From assembly GCA_045649725.1 (NCBI GenBank), contig JAZRQL010000053.1, forward strand, positions 5,149 through 69,148: DNA of 64,000 nucleotides, given 5' to 3'. Shown in pieces: positions 27,124-38,397 of the stretch (its first letter is position 1; every line of letters starts with the position of its first letter). The DNA comes from Clostridia bacterium (lineage in GTDB: Bacteria; Bacillota; Clostridia; Monoglobales; Monoglobaceae). Under the pieces are notes generated by a model, which saw nothing but the letters and a program-made list of their open reading frames with translations, was not told the origin of the DNA and searched no databases. Both the position numbers and the translations under genes were made by a program.

Positions 27124-28239
27124 ATGCGTAGAACTTCATATGGGATGCGTGGCTTTATAAAGAATATTGATTTCTGGCTTGCGGGCCTTGTTCTTGCTGC
27201 GGCTGTGTTTGGGATTGTTATGATTTCAAGCGCAGGCGGAGAGAGTGCTGTAAGATATGTTATTGTTCAGTCAGCAGGTCTTTTGTTAGGTATTTTGGGG
27301 ATATGCGCCCTTATGATTTTAGACTATGAATATCTTGCAGGAATATCAAGATACTTAATGATAGCGGGATGCGCATTACTTGTTCTTGTTTTAATTCCCG
27401 GAATAGGTAGCGTGGAAAACGGAGCGAGAAGCTGGTTTAACATAGGCCCTGTAAATCTTCAGCCGGGTGAAGTTGTTAAAATAATTTTTATAATTGTTTT
27501 TGCAAAGGCACTTTCTGATAATGACGGGCATATAGATGATTTTAAAACTGTGCTTAAGCTTTTGTGTTATGGGGCTGTGCCTATTGTTCTTATAATCGTT
27601 CAGCCTGACTTTGGTACAGCAATGGTATATGCGGCTATGTTTGTTGCTATGCTTTTTGCGGCAGGGATAGGAAAGAAGTATATAATAGGTGGCGGATTAG
27701 CAGTAGCGGTTTTATGCCCTGTTATGTGGTTCCTTGTTCTTCAGGACTACCAGAAGCAAAGGCTTTTAACTTTGTTTAATCCTGAAGGTGACCCCACAGG
27801 TGCAGGTTATCACGTGATACAGTCAAAGCTTGCGGTAGGGTCAGGCAGATTTTTCGGTGCAGGCCTTTATAAAGGCTCAAGTCAGCTTAACAATGCTCTT
27901 CCTGAAAGACATACTGACTTTATATATTCTGTTGTTTGCGAAGAACTTGGAATGCTTGGTGGTATACTTGTTATAATATTAATAAGTGCTATCATAATAA
28001 GATGCATATACATAGGAATGAACGCAAGAAACCGTCTTGGAACATATATGTGTATAGGCGTTGCGGCAATGCTTATGTTTCAGGCTTTTGAAAACATAGG
28101 TATGTGCATTGGCCTTTTACCTGTTACCGGTGTAACTTTACCGTTTTTCAGTTATGGTGGGTCGTCTATACTTACAACAATGCTTTCGGTGGGGCTTGTC
28201 CTTAACGTGAAGTACAGAAGCCGAATGATTAATTTTTAA
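27124..28239 (+). CDS. FtsW/RodA/SpoVE family peptidoglycan glycosyltransferase
   Basis: About 10 TM helices with QPGEVVKI, QPDFGTA and LPVTGVTLPFFSYGGSS motifs. Confidence 0.9.
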   Translation: MRRTSYGMRGFIKNIDFWLAGLVLAAAVFGIVMISSAGGESAVRYVIVQSAGLLLGILGICALMILDYEYLAGISRYLMIAGCALLVLVLIPGIGSVENGARSWFNIGPVNLQPGEVVKIIFIIVFAKALSDNDGHIDDFKTVLKLLCYGAVPIVLIIVQPDFGTAMVYAAMFVAMLFAAGIGKKYIIGGGLAVAVLCPVMWFLVLQDYQKQRLLTLFNPEGDPTGAGYHVIQSKLAVGSGRFFGAGLYKGSSQLNNALPERHTDFIYSVVCEELGMLGGILVIILISAIIIRCIYIGMNARNRLGTYMCIGVAAMLMFQAFENIGMCIGLLPVTGVTLPFFSYGGSSILTTMLSVGLVLNVKYRSRMINF

Positions 28240-28251
28240 AGAAGGTATAGT

Positions 28252-29187
28252 ATGATAAGATTATTGGTAAGGAGCTTTGTTTTAAATAGCAATGATACCT
28301 CAGGCTTTGCGGTAAGGCAGAGATATGGGGTATTGTGTGGCACTCTTGGAATAGTTTTAAACGCCCTTTTGTTTCTTATTAAGATAATCGCAGGGTTTCT
28401 GTCAGGAAGTATGGCTATTATAACTGATGCTTTTAACAACCTTTCGGATATGGGTTCTTCTGTTGTTATGGTGATAGGGTCAAAGATAAGCGGAAAAACC
28501 GCCGACAGAGAGCACCCATATGGACACGGAAGAGGTGAATATATTTCCGCCCTTATAATTTCCTTTTTGATTATATACTGCGGAGCAGAGCTTTTAAAAA
28601 ATTCTGCCGTAAAGGTTTTTAATTATGAGGTGACAGAGTTTAGCTTAATTCCTGCTCTTTTGATGCTTGTGACCTTCCCCGTAAAGCTATGGATGTGGCA
28701 CTATAACAAAGAGATAGGAAAAAAGATAAATTCTTCTGTTCTGCTTGCGGCATCAAAGGATAGTTTAAATGATACTTATGTAACAGCGGTTGTTGTTATA
28801 TCTATGTTTGTATCACCTTTTGTTAAGTTTCCCCTTGATGCTCTTGTGGGTATAATCCTGTCTGTTCTGATAATCAAAACAGGTATAGATGTGGCAAGGG
28901 AAACAACAGACAGACTTATAGGAAAGGCTCCTGATGATGAACTTTCAGCACTTATAGAAAGCTATATTGTTGACGGAGAGAAAATCCTGGGTATGCACGG
29001 ACTTATGGTTCACGATTATGGGCCCGGATGCAAGTTTGCGTCCGTTCACGCAGAGGTTCCTCATGATATGTCCTTTGTTGAGGCCCACGATATGATAGAC
29101 CAAATTGAATATAAAATCTTAAATGAACTTTCTGTTGATATTGTTATTCACACAGATCCCGTCCGCTTAAACAGAAATGACGGATAA
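28252..29187 (+). CDS. Cation diffusion facilitator family transporter
   Basis: Six TM helices with DAFNNLSD and SKDSLND metal-site motifs, plus a C-terminal cytoplasmic domain. Confidence 0.88.
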   Translation: MIRLLVRSFVLNSNDTSGFAVRQRYGVLCGTLGIVLNALLFLIKIIAGFLSGSMAIITDAFNNLSDMGSSVVMVIGSKISGKTADREHPYGHGRGEYISALIISFLIIYCGAELLKNSAVKVFNYEVTEFSLIPALLMLVTFPVKLWMWHYNKEIGKKINSSVLLAASKDSLNDTYVTAVVVISMFVSPFVKFPLDALVGIILSVLIIKTGIDVARETTDRLIGKAPDDELSALIESYIVDGEKILGMHGLMVHDYGPGCKFASVHAEVPHDMSFVEAHDMIDQIEYKILNELSVDIVIHTDPVRLNRNDG

Positions 29188-29221
29188 ATGTGGATTTCAT
29201 GGAACAGAAAGGAGGAAGCGT

Positions 29222-30064
29222 ATGAAGACATATATAGAAAAATACAAAAGAATAGCAATAATAGTGGCGGCAGTTGTTTTATCTGTCAGCCTTTTTGGGT
29301 GCAATAAAGCAGAGGAAAAATCAGCTGATGTTTCAAGCGAGAAGATATATAACTTTCCGCCTGCAAGCGAACAAAACGATATGATGAAGATGGTAAGGTC
29401 AATAGAAGCAGAGGGAAAGGTTTGCTACCTTACCTTTGATGATGGGCCTACCAAAGAGGTTACCCCTCAGGTTTTAGACGTCTTAAAAGAAAAGAATGTT
29501 AAGGCAACATTTTTCTGCCTTGGAAAGATGCTTGCCGCTAACCCTGAAATTGCAAAGCGCGCCTTTGATGAAGGGCACCTTATGGCAAATCATTCATATA
29601 ATCACAGCTATAATGAACTTTATGCAACAGCAGAAAGCTTTATGCAGGAGGTAACCGATACAGAAAACAAGATACGAGAGATAACAGGAGAAGACCCTTT
29701 CAAGCTTTTCAGATTTCCCGGAGGAGGTCAGGATGCAGGCGACCACGCGGCAGAGAAGCAGGTTTACAAAGAGGTTCTTAAGAAAAACGGATACTATTTT
29801 GCAGACTGGAACTGTTTAAACGGTGATGCAGAAGGGCATAACGTAAGCCCGGGAGAGCTTTTGAATAAAATCAAAAGAACTGCTATTGAAAAGCATATTG
29901 TTGTTTTAATGCACGATGCGGCAACAAAGAAAACAACACCACAGGCCCTTGGTTCTATTATTGATTATTTAAGAGAAAAAGGGTATGAATTTAAACGTCT
30001 TGACGAAATCGACTATTATGACACAGGTCTTAAGAAGGTTGTCGAGAGTGATATGATATTATAA
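29222..30064 (+). CDS. Polysaccharide deacetylase family lipoprotein (CE4)
   Basis: Lipobox SLFGC and the NodB motifs TFDDGP and HSYNH. Start set at 29222 behind a GGAGG RBS. Confidence 0.88.
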   Translation: MKTYIEKYKRIAIIVAAVVLSVSLFGCNKAEEKSADVSSEKIYNFPPASEQNDMMKMVRSIEAEGKVCYLTFDDGPTKEVTPQVLDVLKEKNVKATFFCLGKMLAANPEIAKRAFDEGHLMANHSYNHSYNELYATAESFMQEVTDTENKIREITGEDPFKLFRFPGGGQDAGDHAAEKQVYKEVLKKNGYYFADWNCLNGDAEGHNVSPGELLNKIKRTAIEKHIVVLMHDAATKKTTPQALGSIIDYLREKGYEFKRLDEIDYYDTGLKKVVESDMIL

Positions 30065-30085
30065 TGTTTGATACAGGTGAGGTAT

Positions 30086-32455
30086 ATGGAGAAGAAAACG
30101 CTTAAAACCCTTGAATTTAACAAAATAGTTGAAAGGCTTTCAGGCTTTGCTGTAAATGAAGCGGCAAAGGAGAAGGCTTTGGCTCTTGTACCTGTATCAA
30201 ATAACAGAGCAGTATCTGAAATGCTTGACGAAACAGACGCGGCGGTTACCCTTATCTTAAAGTATGGGTCCCCTGAAATCGTGTTTATAAACGACATAGA
30301 AGAGGCGGAAAAGCGCCTTGTGGCAGGAGCGGGCCTTTCCATGGCAGAACTTTTGAATATTTCAAAGGTGCTAAAGGGTGCAAGAGTCTGGAAACAATAC
30401 ACAAAGGAGCAGATGGGAGTCCTCTATCCACATATAGATGAATTTGTTTCAAATAAGGCATTTGAAGAAAAGATTAAAACATCTATTATTTCTGAAGATG
30501 AGATGGCAGATGGCGCAAGCCCTGAACTTGCAGGGATAAGAAGAAAGATAAAGAATAATTCCGCTAAAGTCAGGGATATCCTTGACAATATGATTCGTTC
30601 ATCCCATTACAGAAAGTTTTTGCAGGACCCTATTGTTACTGTCAGAAACAACCGTTATGTTGTTCCCGTAAAGGCAGAGTGCAGAGGGGATATAAAGGGT
30701 ATCGTTCACGATATGTCGGCATCAGGGTCAACTATATTTGTTGAGCCTGAAACTGTTGTTAATGCAAATAATGAGTTAAACGAGCTTTCTATAAAAGAAA
30801 AGGCAGAGATAGACAGAATTTTGCTTGAACTATCCCTGGAGGCATCGGAAATTGTTGAGGAAATCCGCCTTGATTTTGATATTTTAACCCATCTTGATTT
30901 TGTTTTTGCAAAGGCAAAGCTTTCTCTTGATATGAAGGGTGTTACACCGAAGCTTACAAATGACGGAAGCATACTTATCAAAAAGGGCAGACACCCTCTT
31001 ATTGATAAAAATAAGGTTGTACCTATTGATGCAGAGCTTGGAAGGAATTTTGATACATTAATCGTAACAGGCCCGAATACAGGTGGTAAAACTGTTGTTT
31101 TAAAAACCCTTGGTCTTTTCTGCCTGATGACCCAGGCAGGGCTTAATATCCCTGCGGCAGATGAGTCGGAAATCCCTGTCTATAATGATATCTTTGCAGA
31201 TATCGGTGACGAGCAGAGCATAGAACAGAGCTTATCAACCTTTTCATCACATATGAAAAATATAGTTTCCATATCAGAAAAGCTGACTGATAACTGCCTT
31301 GTTCTCTTTGATGAATTAGGCGCAGGAACTGACCCAACAGAGGGTGCGGCTCTTGCAACATCTATAATCGAAAGCTTCAGGGGAAGGGGCGCAAAAATCG
31401 CGGCAACAACCCATTACAGCGAGCTTAAGCTCTATGCCCTTTCTACAAATGGCGTAGAGAATGCTTCCTGCGAGTTTGACGTGGAAACTTTAAGCCCAAC
31501 TTACAGACTTTTAATCGGTGTTCCGGGGCGCAGTAATGCCTTTGCTATTTCGGAAAAGTTAGGGCTTCATCAAAGCATTATAGAAAAGTCAAAGGAACTT
31601 TTATCTAAAGAGAATATTAAGTTTGAAGACGTTCTTTCTAAAATCGAGGATAACAGAGTTTCTGCCGAAAGAAACTTTGAAGAAACCGAAAGACTTCGCA
31701 AGGAAACCGAAAGGCTTCAGGCAGAGCTTTCAGCCGAGAGAGAAAAAATCGAAAAGCAGAAAGATAAGATATATGACCGCGCAAGACAGAACGCGGAAAA
31801 GATATTGCTTCGCGCTCAGGAAGACGTTGAAGAAATGCTTAACGCCTTTAAAGAGGCACAAAAGGAAAAAGAAGAAAAAGACGCTATTCGCCAGATGGAA
31901 GAAATCCGCAGGGATTTAGGTCTTAAGGTTAAAAAGAACAAAAAGTCAAAGCAGAAAAACGAACCAAAAGTTCGCGGAAACGCAACTGTTAATACCTTAA
32001 AGCTTGGCGCAACTGTTATGATTACTGATTTGGGGGATAAGGGAAGCGTTCTTTCTATAAACAAAAAGGACGAAACTGCTCTTGTTCAGGTAGGAATAAT
32101 GAAGATAAGCGCAAGGATAGAAGATCTTTTGATTTTAACAGATGAAGAGGGCAAAAAGCCTGAAAGCTTTAAAAAGGTCTCTGCAGGTGGCGGAGGCCTC
32201 AGGAAAGATACTGTAAAGTCAGAGGTTGACTTAAGAGGAATGACATTGGAAGAGGCGGAAAGTGCGGTAGATAAGTTCTTGGATGAGTGCTCTATGGCGG
32301 GGCTTAACACCGTCAGCATTATTCACGGAAAGGGCACGGGAGTATTAAGAACAGGTATCCAGACATTGCTCAGAAGACACCCTCACGTTAAGACATTCAG
32401 GCTTGGCAGATATGGTGAGGGCGAAAACGGAGTTACAATAGCAGAATTAAAATAA
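30086..32455 (+). CDS. mutS2: Endonuclease MutS2
   Basis: Walker A GPNTGGKT, Walker B LVLFDELGAGTD, a Lys/Glu-rich coiled coil, and a C-terminal Smr domain (IIHGKGTGVLR). Confidence 0.95.
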   Translation: MEKKTLKTLEFNKIVERLSGFAVNEAAKEKALALVPVSNNRAVSEMLDETDAAVTLILKYGSPEIVFINDIEEAEKRLVAGAGLSMAELLNISKVLKGARVWKQYTKEQMGVLYPHIDEFVSNKAFEEKIKTSIISEDEMADGASPELAGIRRKIKNNSAKVRDILDNMIRSSHYRKFLQDPIVTVRNNRYVVPVKAECRGDIKGIVHDMSASGSTIFVEPETVVNANNELNELSIKEKAEIDRILLELSLEASEIVEEIRLDFDILTHLDFVFAKAKLSLDMKGVTPKLTNDGSILIKKGRHPLIDKNKVVPIDAELGRNFDTLIVTGPNTGGKTVVLKTLGLFCLMTQAGLNIPAADESEIPVYNDIFADIGDEQSIEQSLSTFSSHMKNIVSISEKLTDNCLVLFDELGAGTDPTEGAALATSIIESFRGRGAKIAATTHYSELKLYALSTNGVENASCEFDVETLSPTYRLLIGVPGRSNAFAISEKLGLHQSIIEKSKELLSKENIKFEDVLSKIEDNRVSAERNFEETERLRKETERLQAELSAEREKIEKQKDKIYDRARQNAEKILLRAQEDVEEMLNAFKEAQKEKEEKDAIRQMEEIRRDLGLKVKKNKKSKQKNEPKVRGNATVNTLKLGATVMITDLGDKGSVLSINKKDETALVQVGIMKISARIEDLLILTDEEGKKPESFKKVSAGGGGLRKDTVKSEVDLRGMTLEEAESAVDKFLDECSMAGLNTVSIIHGKGTGVLRTGIQTLLRRHPHVKTFRLGRYGEGENGVTIAELK

Positions 32456-32586
32456 AAATAATATAATAATCATGAAAAAAGTATTGTAATTTGTTGAAAA
32501 AGATGTTAAAATAGGTACTGTGGTTCTTTATGCAATATGAGGAATAGTATAAATTTTATGTTAAGAACAAATCGGGAGAAATTATT

Positions 32587-34302
32587 ATGTTAAAGAAGAA
32601 ATGGCTAATTAAGGAATTTGATAAGGCTCGCGTGTTGGAGATATCCAAAACCTTTAAGGTAACTCCTCTTACCGCTATTATTCTCTATAACAGAGGTATC
32701 AGGGATGATGAGTCTATAAAGAAATTCCTTTCAAAGGATATAAATGTAATGTATGACCCTTTCCTTATGCGCGATATGGATAAGGCTGTTGAGCGTATTA
32801 CCACCGCAAAGGAAAAGGGCGAAAAGATTACTATCTACGGCGACTATGACGTAGACGGAATTACTGCTATTGCCATTTTATATAAGCACTTAATGGAAAT
32901 GGGCATAGAGGTTGATTATTACGTTCCTGACAGAATGCAGGAAGGTTACGGTGTTAATCAGGTTGCCCTTGATAAGATTAAAGCAGACGGAAGCTCACTT
33001 ATTATAACAGTTGATACAGGTATAACTGCTGTTGAAGAATGTGAGTATGCAAAGAGCATAGGTCTTGATGTTATCGTTACTGACCATCACGAATGTAAAG
33101 AAATTATTCCTGATGCGTATGCGGCAATAGACCCAAAGCGTAAGGACTGCGGATACCCATTTAAAAGCCTTGCAGGTGTTGGTGTTGTATTTAAACTTAT
33201 TCAGGCCCTTGCAGGTGAAAATTCTCTCGATACATTGATGGAAAAATATGCAGACCTTATGTGTCTTGGTACTGTTGCAGATATTTCTCCTTTGGTTGAC
33301 GAAAACAGAGTTATCGTTACAGAGGGCTTAAAGAGATTTAAGAATACAAAGAATGTAGGTCTTAAGGCCTTGATAGACGTTTCAACAAACGGAAAGGCTA
33401 TTACCACATCTACAATTGGTTATATTATCGCGCCAAGAATCAACGCAAGCGGCCGTCTTGGCTGTGCTTCAAGAAGCGTTGAGCTCTTTTTGACAGATGA
33501 TAAGGAAAATGCAATAAACCTTGCTAACTCACTTTGTGAGGAAAATTCACTTCGTCAGCAGACAGAGCAGAAAATGTTTAAAGAAGCATTGGATTATTTA
33601 GAAGCGCATCCTGAAGTAAAGAATGACAAAATCATTGTTATTCCTCACGAAAACTGGCATCACGGTATCGTAGGAATAGTTTCTTCAAAGATTACTGAAA
33701 AGTTCTATAAGCCATCTATCCTCTTCGCAAGTGACGGGGATGAGGCAAAGGGTTCAGGCAGAAGCGTTTCAGGATTTAACTTATTTGGTATCCTCGAAAA
33801 TTCTTCAAACCTTTTAGAAAAGTTCGGCGGACACGAACTTGCAGCTGGTCTTACTATTAAGGCGGCTAACATAGAAGAGTTCCGTAAGAAGATAAACGAA
33901 GATGCTGAAAAGTATCTTGATGAGGATGCATCAGTTCCGACTATCAGTATTGATGCGGCAATTAAAGCTCCGTTTATAACAATAGAAACAGTTAAGGATA
34001 TTAACAACTTACAGCCATTTGGTGTTGATAATCCTACACCTGCCTTTACAGTTCGTAACATTAAGATACATAAGATAAGTGTTATGAGTGAGGGTAAGCA
34101 CCTCCGTATGACGCTCTTAAAAGATGGTAAGTATCTTGATTCAGTTGGATTTGGTATGGGTGAATATTATCACCATTTAGAAGAGGGTGACTTTATTGAT
34201 GTTGCCTTTGCTCTTGATATAAATGACTATAAGGGCTTCCAGAATGTTCAGCTTATACTTAAGGATATTAAGCGAGCAGGCGGAGAAGATATGGACAATT
34301 AA
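32587..34302 (+). CDS. recJ: Single-stranded-DNA-specific exonuclease RecJ
   Basis: DHH motifs (GDYDVDGIT, TVDTG, VTDHH) and DHHA1 (GGHELAAG). Confidence 0.95.
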   Translation: MLKKKWLIKEFDKARVLEISKTFKVTPLTAIILYNRGIRDDESIKKFLSKDINVMYDPFLMRDMDKAVERITTAKEKGEKITIYGDYDVDGITAIAILYKHLMEMGIEVDYYVPDRMQEGYGVNQVALDKIKADGSSLIITVDTGITAVEECEYAKSIGLDVIVTDHHECKEIIPDAYAAIDPKRKDCGYPFKSLAGVGVVFKLIQALAGENSLDTLMEKYADLMCLGTVADISPLVDENRVIVTEGLKRFKNTKNVGLKALIDVSTNGKAITTSTIGYIIAPRINASGRLGCASRSVELFLTDDKENAINLANSLCEENSLRQQTEQKMFKEALDYLEAHPEVKNDKIIVIPHENWHHGIVGIVSSKITEKFYKPSILFASDGDEAKGSGRSVSGFNLFGILENSSNLLEKFGGHELAAGLTIKAANIEEFRKKINEDAEKYLDEDASVPTISIDAAIKAPFITIETVKDINNLQPFGVDNPTPAFTVRNIKIHKISVMSEGKHLRMTLLKDGKYLDSVGFGMGEYYHHLEEGDFIDVAFALDINDYKGFQNVQLILKDIKRAGGEDMDN

Positions 34303-34319
34303 ATTATCAGGAAAACATA

Positions 34320-34347
34320 AAAGCCGGCTTTTTGCCGGCTTTAGTTT
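34320..34347 (+). terminator. Rho-independent terminator after recJ
   Basis: AAAGCCGGC, loop TTTTT, GCCGGCTTT, followed by AGTTT. Confidence 0.7.
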
Positions 34348-34365
34348 ACAGAGAGGGGGATATAT

Positions 34366-36561
34366 ATGAGTGAGATAAAGACAGAATATAATTTAGATAC
34401 GTTGCTTCAGGCAATCCGCAAATACCACAGTAACGATGATTTGCAGATTGTTGAGAAAGCATATGCCTATGCAGATGAGAAGCATAAGGAACAGGTAAGA
34501 AAATCAGGCGAGCCATATATTATCCACCCTGTTCACGTTGCTCACACTATTGCCAATTTCGGTCTTGATCCCCAGTCTGTCTGTGCGGCTCTTCTTCACG
34601 ATGTTGTTGAGGATACAGATACACCACTTGAAGAAATAGAAAGAGAATTCAGCGAAGAAATCGCTATGTTGGTAGACGGGGTTACAAAGCTTGGTAAAAT
34701 CCCTACTTCTTCAAAGGAAGAGCAGCAGATAGAAAACTTAAGAAAAATGTTCTTTGCAATGGCAAAGGATATAAGAGTTGTGGTTATCAAGCTTGCCGAC
34801 AGGCTTCACAACGTGCAGACTCTTAAGTATATGAAAGAGGAAAAGCAGAGATATATCGCCCGTGAAACATTGGAAGTATATGCTCCTCTTGCTCACAGAC
34901 TTGGTATGTCTAAAATAAAGCTTCAGCTTGAAGATATGGCACTTCGTTTTATTGACCCTGTGGCATATTATGAAATCGTTGATAAGATAGCCCAGAAGAG
35001 AAGCGAACGAGAAGAGTTTATTGCGGATATCATAAAGTTAATAGAAGATAAGCTTTCAGAAGCTTTAGATGCAAAGCCACATATAGAGGGCAGAGCAAAG
35101 CATTTTTACAGCATATACAGAAAAATGTTTATGCAGAACAAAAGTATTGATGAGCTTTATGATTTGTTCGCAGTAAGAGTTATTGTTGATACTGTGGCTG
35201 AATGTTATTCGGTTTTGGGTGCGGTTCATGAAATGTTTAAGCCTATCCCTGGCAGATTTAAAGATTATATCGCTATGCCAAAGCCTAATATGTATCAGTC
35301 CCTCCATTCAACCTTAATAGGTCCCGGAGGAACACCTTTTGAGATACAGATAAGAACCTGGGAGATGCATCATACTGCTGAAAACGGAATTGCTGCCCAT
35401 TGGAAGTATAAAGAGGGCATATCAGGTAAAAGTGATATGGACGGGAAGCTTGAATGGGTTAAACAGCTTCTTGATTTACAGAAGGAGTCTAACGCAGAAG
35501 AGTTTATGCAAGCCCTTAAGATAGATATGTTCAGCGATGAAGTATTCGTCTTTACTCCAAAGGGTGATGTTATAAGTCTTCCTACAAATGCTACGCCTAT
35601 TGACTTTGCCTATGCAATTCACAGTGCGGTAGGTAACCGTATGGTTGGGGCAAAGGTAAACGGAAAGATTGTTAATATTGACTATGCTCTTAAAAACGGA
35701 GATATTGTTGATGTTATAACATCAAATTCAGGTGCAGGACCAAACCTTGACTGGATTAAGATATGTAAAACATCCCAGGCAAGGAATAAGATAAATCAAT
35801 GGTTTAAAAAGATTAACCGTGATGAAAATATTGTTAAGGGCCGCGAAATTCTCGAGCAGGAGCTTAAAAAGAATAATATTCCTGTATCTTATGCAGAGGA
35901 TGAAAAGCTCTTACAAAAGCTTGCCCAGAAATATGGATTTAATAACGTAGAAGATATTATGGCAGGCATAGGCTTTGGAAGCACAAGTGCTTTAAAGTTT
36001 ATGACAAGGTTTAAGACAGAGTGCAAAAAGCTTATGGCAAAGGATGAAACCTTGTCGGCAGATGAGATTCTTCCTATGATGCTTAAGACTACGTCAAAGC
36101 CAAATAACAGCGGAATTATTGTAGAAGGCATAGATAACTGTCTTACAAGATTTTCTCATTGTTGTAACCCGGTTCCGGGGGATAAGATTGTGGGATATGT
36201 TACACGAGGCAGAGGTGTTGCTATTCACAGAGCGGACTGTATCAATATGATTCAGGCGCAGAACAACCCTGATAATGACCTTCGTTTTATCCCTGTAAGA
36301 TGGGCAGATGACACAGGAAGCGCATTCCAGTCATCAATTATTATAACAGCGACAAACCGTTCAAATCTTTTGCTTGATGTAACTTTAGCAGTTGCTGAAT
36401 TTAAAATAGCTATCAATAACGTTAATGCAAGAACAGGTAAGAATAACCTTGCCATAATTGATTTAACGATGGAAATTTCAGGAACAGAACAGCTTGAAAA
36501 GATTATTGAAAAGATAAATCTTATAGACGGAATTATTTCCATAGCAAGAAAGAGACAGTAA
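34366..36561 (+). CDS. relA: Bifunctional (p)ppGpp synthetase/hydrolase (RelA/SpoT homologue)
   Basis: HD hydrolase motif HDVVEDT, synthetase domain (YRSLH-type QSLHSTL), and TGS and C-terminal ACT domains. 731 aa. Confidence 0.95.
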   Translation: MSEIKTEYNLDTLLQAIRKYHSNDDLQIVEKAYAYADEKHKEQVRKSGEPYIIHPVHVAHTIANFGLDPQSVCAALLHDVVEDTDTPLEEIEREFSEEIAMLVDGVTKLGKIPTSSKEEQQIENLRKMFFAMAKDIRVVVIKLADRLHNVQTLKYMKEEKQRYIARETLEVYAPLAHRLGMSKIKLQLEDMALRFIDPVAYYEIVDKIAQKRSEREEFIADIIKLIEDKLSEALDAKPHIEGRAKHFYSIYRKMFMQNKSIDELYDLFAVRVIVDTVAECYSVLGAVHEMFKPIPGRFKDYIAMPKPNMYQSLHSTLIGPGGTPFEIQIRTWEMHHTAENGIAAHWKYKEGISGKSDMDGKLEWVKQLLDLQKESNAEEFMQALKIDMFSDEVFVFTPKGDVISLPTNATPIDFAYAIHSAVGNRMVGAKVNGKIVNIDYALKNGDIVDVITSNSGAGPNLDWIKICKTSQARNKINQWFKKINRDENIVKGREILEQELKKNNIPVSYAEDEKLLQKLAQKYGFNNVEDIMAGIGFGSTSALKFMTRFKTECKKLMAKDETLSADEILPMMLKTTSKPNNSGIIVEGIDNCLTRFSHCCNPVPGDKIVGYVTRGRGVAIHRADCINMIQAQNNPDNDLRFIPVRWADDTGSAFQSSIIITATNRSNLLLDVTLAVAEFKIAINNVNARTGKNNLAIIDLTMEISGTEQLEKIIEKINLIDGIISIARKRQ

Positions 36562-36580
36562 GAAAAAGGAGGGCGCAGAT

Positions 36581-37201
36581 ATGAAAATTCATTCACTTGT
36601 GTTAGGGGATTTATCATCAAACTGTTATATCTGGGAAGACGAAAATACAAAAAATGCAATGGTCATAGACGTGCCATCTCAAGCAGACCGAATTATAGCT
36701 TATGCAGATAAGCTGGGTCTTAAAATTACTGATGTAATCCTGACCCATGGCCACTTTGACCATATGCTTGCTGTTAAAGAGCTATGCGAAAAAACAGGGG
36801 CTTCCTTTTCGGTATTTCATAAAACAGAAAACTTTTTAAAGGATAAAAGCTTAAACCTTTGCAGTTTTGCAAGAGTTGATTTTGAACATATAAAGCCTGA
36901 TAAGCTTTTATATGACGGAGATATTATTGATTTTTACGGAAATGAGATTTTGCTTATATCAACTCCCGGTCATACGGAAGATTCAATATGTCTTTTGCAT
37001 AAAGATACCATTATTTCAGGGGACACTCTCTTTAGCAGAGGAGTAGGCAGATGGGATTTTCCTACAGGAAACGGAAGAGAAGAGATAAATTCAATAAAAG
37101 AAAAGCTTTATGTTTTGCCGGATGATACAAAGGTATATCCCGGCCACGGACCGTCTACTACTATCGGAGAGGAGAAAAGGGAAAACCCTTATACAGTATA
37201 A
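36581..37201 (+). CDS. MBL-fold metallo-hydrolase (glyoxalase II-like)
   Basis: THGHFDH motif and downstream TPGHT and GD metal ligands. 206 aa. Confidence 0.85.
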   Translation: MKIHSLVLGDLSSNCYIWEDENTKNAMVIDVPSQADRIIAYADKLGLKITDVILTHGHFDHMLAVKELCEKTGASFSVFHKTENFLKDKSLNLCSFARVDFEHIKPDKLLYDGDIIDFYGNEILLISTPGHTEDSICLLHKDTIISGDTLFSRGVGRWDFPTGNGREEINSIKEKLYVLPDDTKVYPGHGPSTTIGEEKRENPYTV

Positions 37202-38397
37202 TGTCTGAAAAAACACCTTGGGGTGTTCTTACGGGAATACGCCCATCTAAAATTGCAACAAAGCTTCTCCTTGATGGTATGAGCGAAGATGATGCAATAA
37301 AGTTTTTTTCAAATGAATATGGAACCGATATAAATAAGGCAGAGCTTGCGGTGAAGGTTGCTGTGGCAGAGCTTCCTGCAAGAGAGGATATGCATGAAAA
37401 TGGTGTGAGTATCTATATTGGGATACCATTCTGCCCTACAAGATGTCTGTACTGTTCTTTTGTTACCTGCGGAACAAGGCAGGCGGCAAAGCTTATGGAT
37501 AAGTACATAGAAGCCTTAAAAAAAGAGATAACATATACTGCGGATATTATAAAGTCAAACGGTGACAGAGTTGAAACTGTTTATATGGGTGGTGGTACAC
37601 CTACAACATTAAGCGATACCCAGCTTGATGATGTGATATCCCATATGTATAAGGAGTTTGACTTAAGCGGGGTAAAGGAGTTTACCGTTGAGGCGGGAAG
37701 ACCCGATACGATTACGGAAGAAAAGCTTATGGTTTTAAAAAAGCATAATGTCAGCAGAATCAGTATAAACCCACAGAGTATGAATCAGAAATCCCTTGAT
37801 ATAATAGGAAGAAATCATACTCCACAGCAGATAAAGGACGCATTTTATCTTGCAAGAAAGTGTGGCTTTGATAATATAAATATGGATGTTATTGCAGGCC
37901 TTCCGGGAGAAGATTTAGAGATGTTTAAAAATACCTTAAAAGAGGTTGAAAAACTATCCCCCGAGAATGTTACTGTTCACGTTATGAGCATAAAAAGGTC
38001 ATCAAGGCTTCACGAATATCTGGAAAAGTATAATTTGTCTGATGGTGATGAAGTATCAAAAATGGTGGACTTTGCCTATGACTTTTTAAAGAGCAAGGAT
38101 AAGCACCCATACTATATGTACAGGCAGAAAAATCAGCTTGGTAATTTGGAAAACGTGGGCTATGCAAAAGAAGGCTTTGACAGTTTGTATAACATCTACA
38201 TAATGGAAGAGATACAAACTATTATATCATTAGGTTGTGGCGGTGTTACTAAAACAGTTGACAGAGCAACCGACAGAATAGAGAGAATCTTTAATGTTAA
38301 AGAGCCGAAAGACTATATTGAAAGACTTGGCGAAATGCTTGAAAGAAAAGATGAACTTAAAAAAGGATTTCATCAAATGGATGAAATCAATGAATAG
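37201..38397 (+). CDS. Radical SAM, HemN/HemZ-like coproporphyrinogen dehydrogenase family protein
   Basis: CxxxCxxC cluster CPTRCLYCSF and a GGGTPT motif. The stop codon lies inside repeat copy D. Confidence 0.8.
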   Translation: MSEKTPWGVLTGIRPSKIATKLLLDGMSEDDAIKFFSNEYGTDINKAELAVKVAVAELPAREDMHENGVSIYIGIPFCPTRCLYCSFVTCGTRQAAKLMDKYIEALKKEITYTADIIKSNGDRVETVYMGGGTPTTLSDTQLDDVISHMYKEFDLSGVKEFTVEAGRPDTITEEKLMVLKKHNVSRISINPQSMNQKSLDIIGRNHTPQQIKDAFYLARKCGFDNINMDVIAGLPGEDLEMFKNTLKEVEKLSPENVTVHVMSIKRSSRLHEYLEKYNLSDGDEVSKMVDFAYDFLKSKDKHPYYMYRQKNQLGNLENVGYAKEGFDSLYNIYIMEEIQTIISLGCGGVTKTVDRATDRIERIFNVKEPKDYIERLGEMLERKDELKKGFHQMDEINE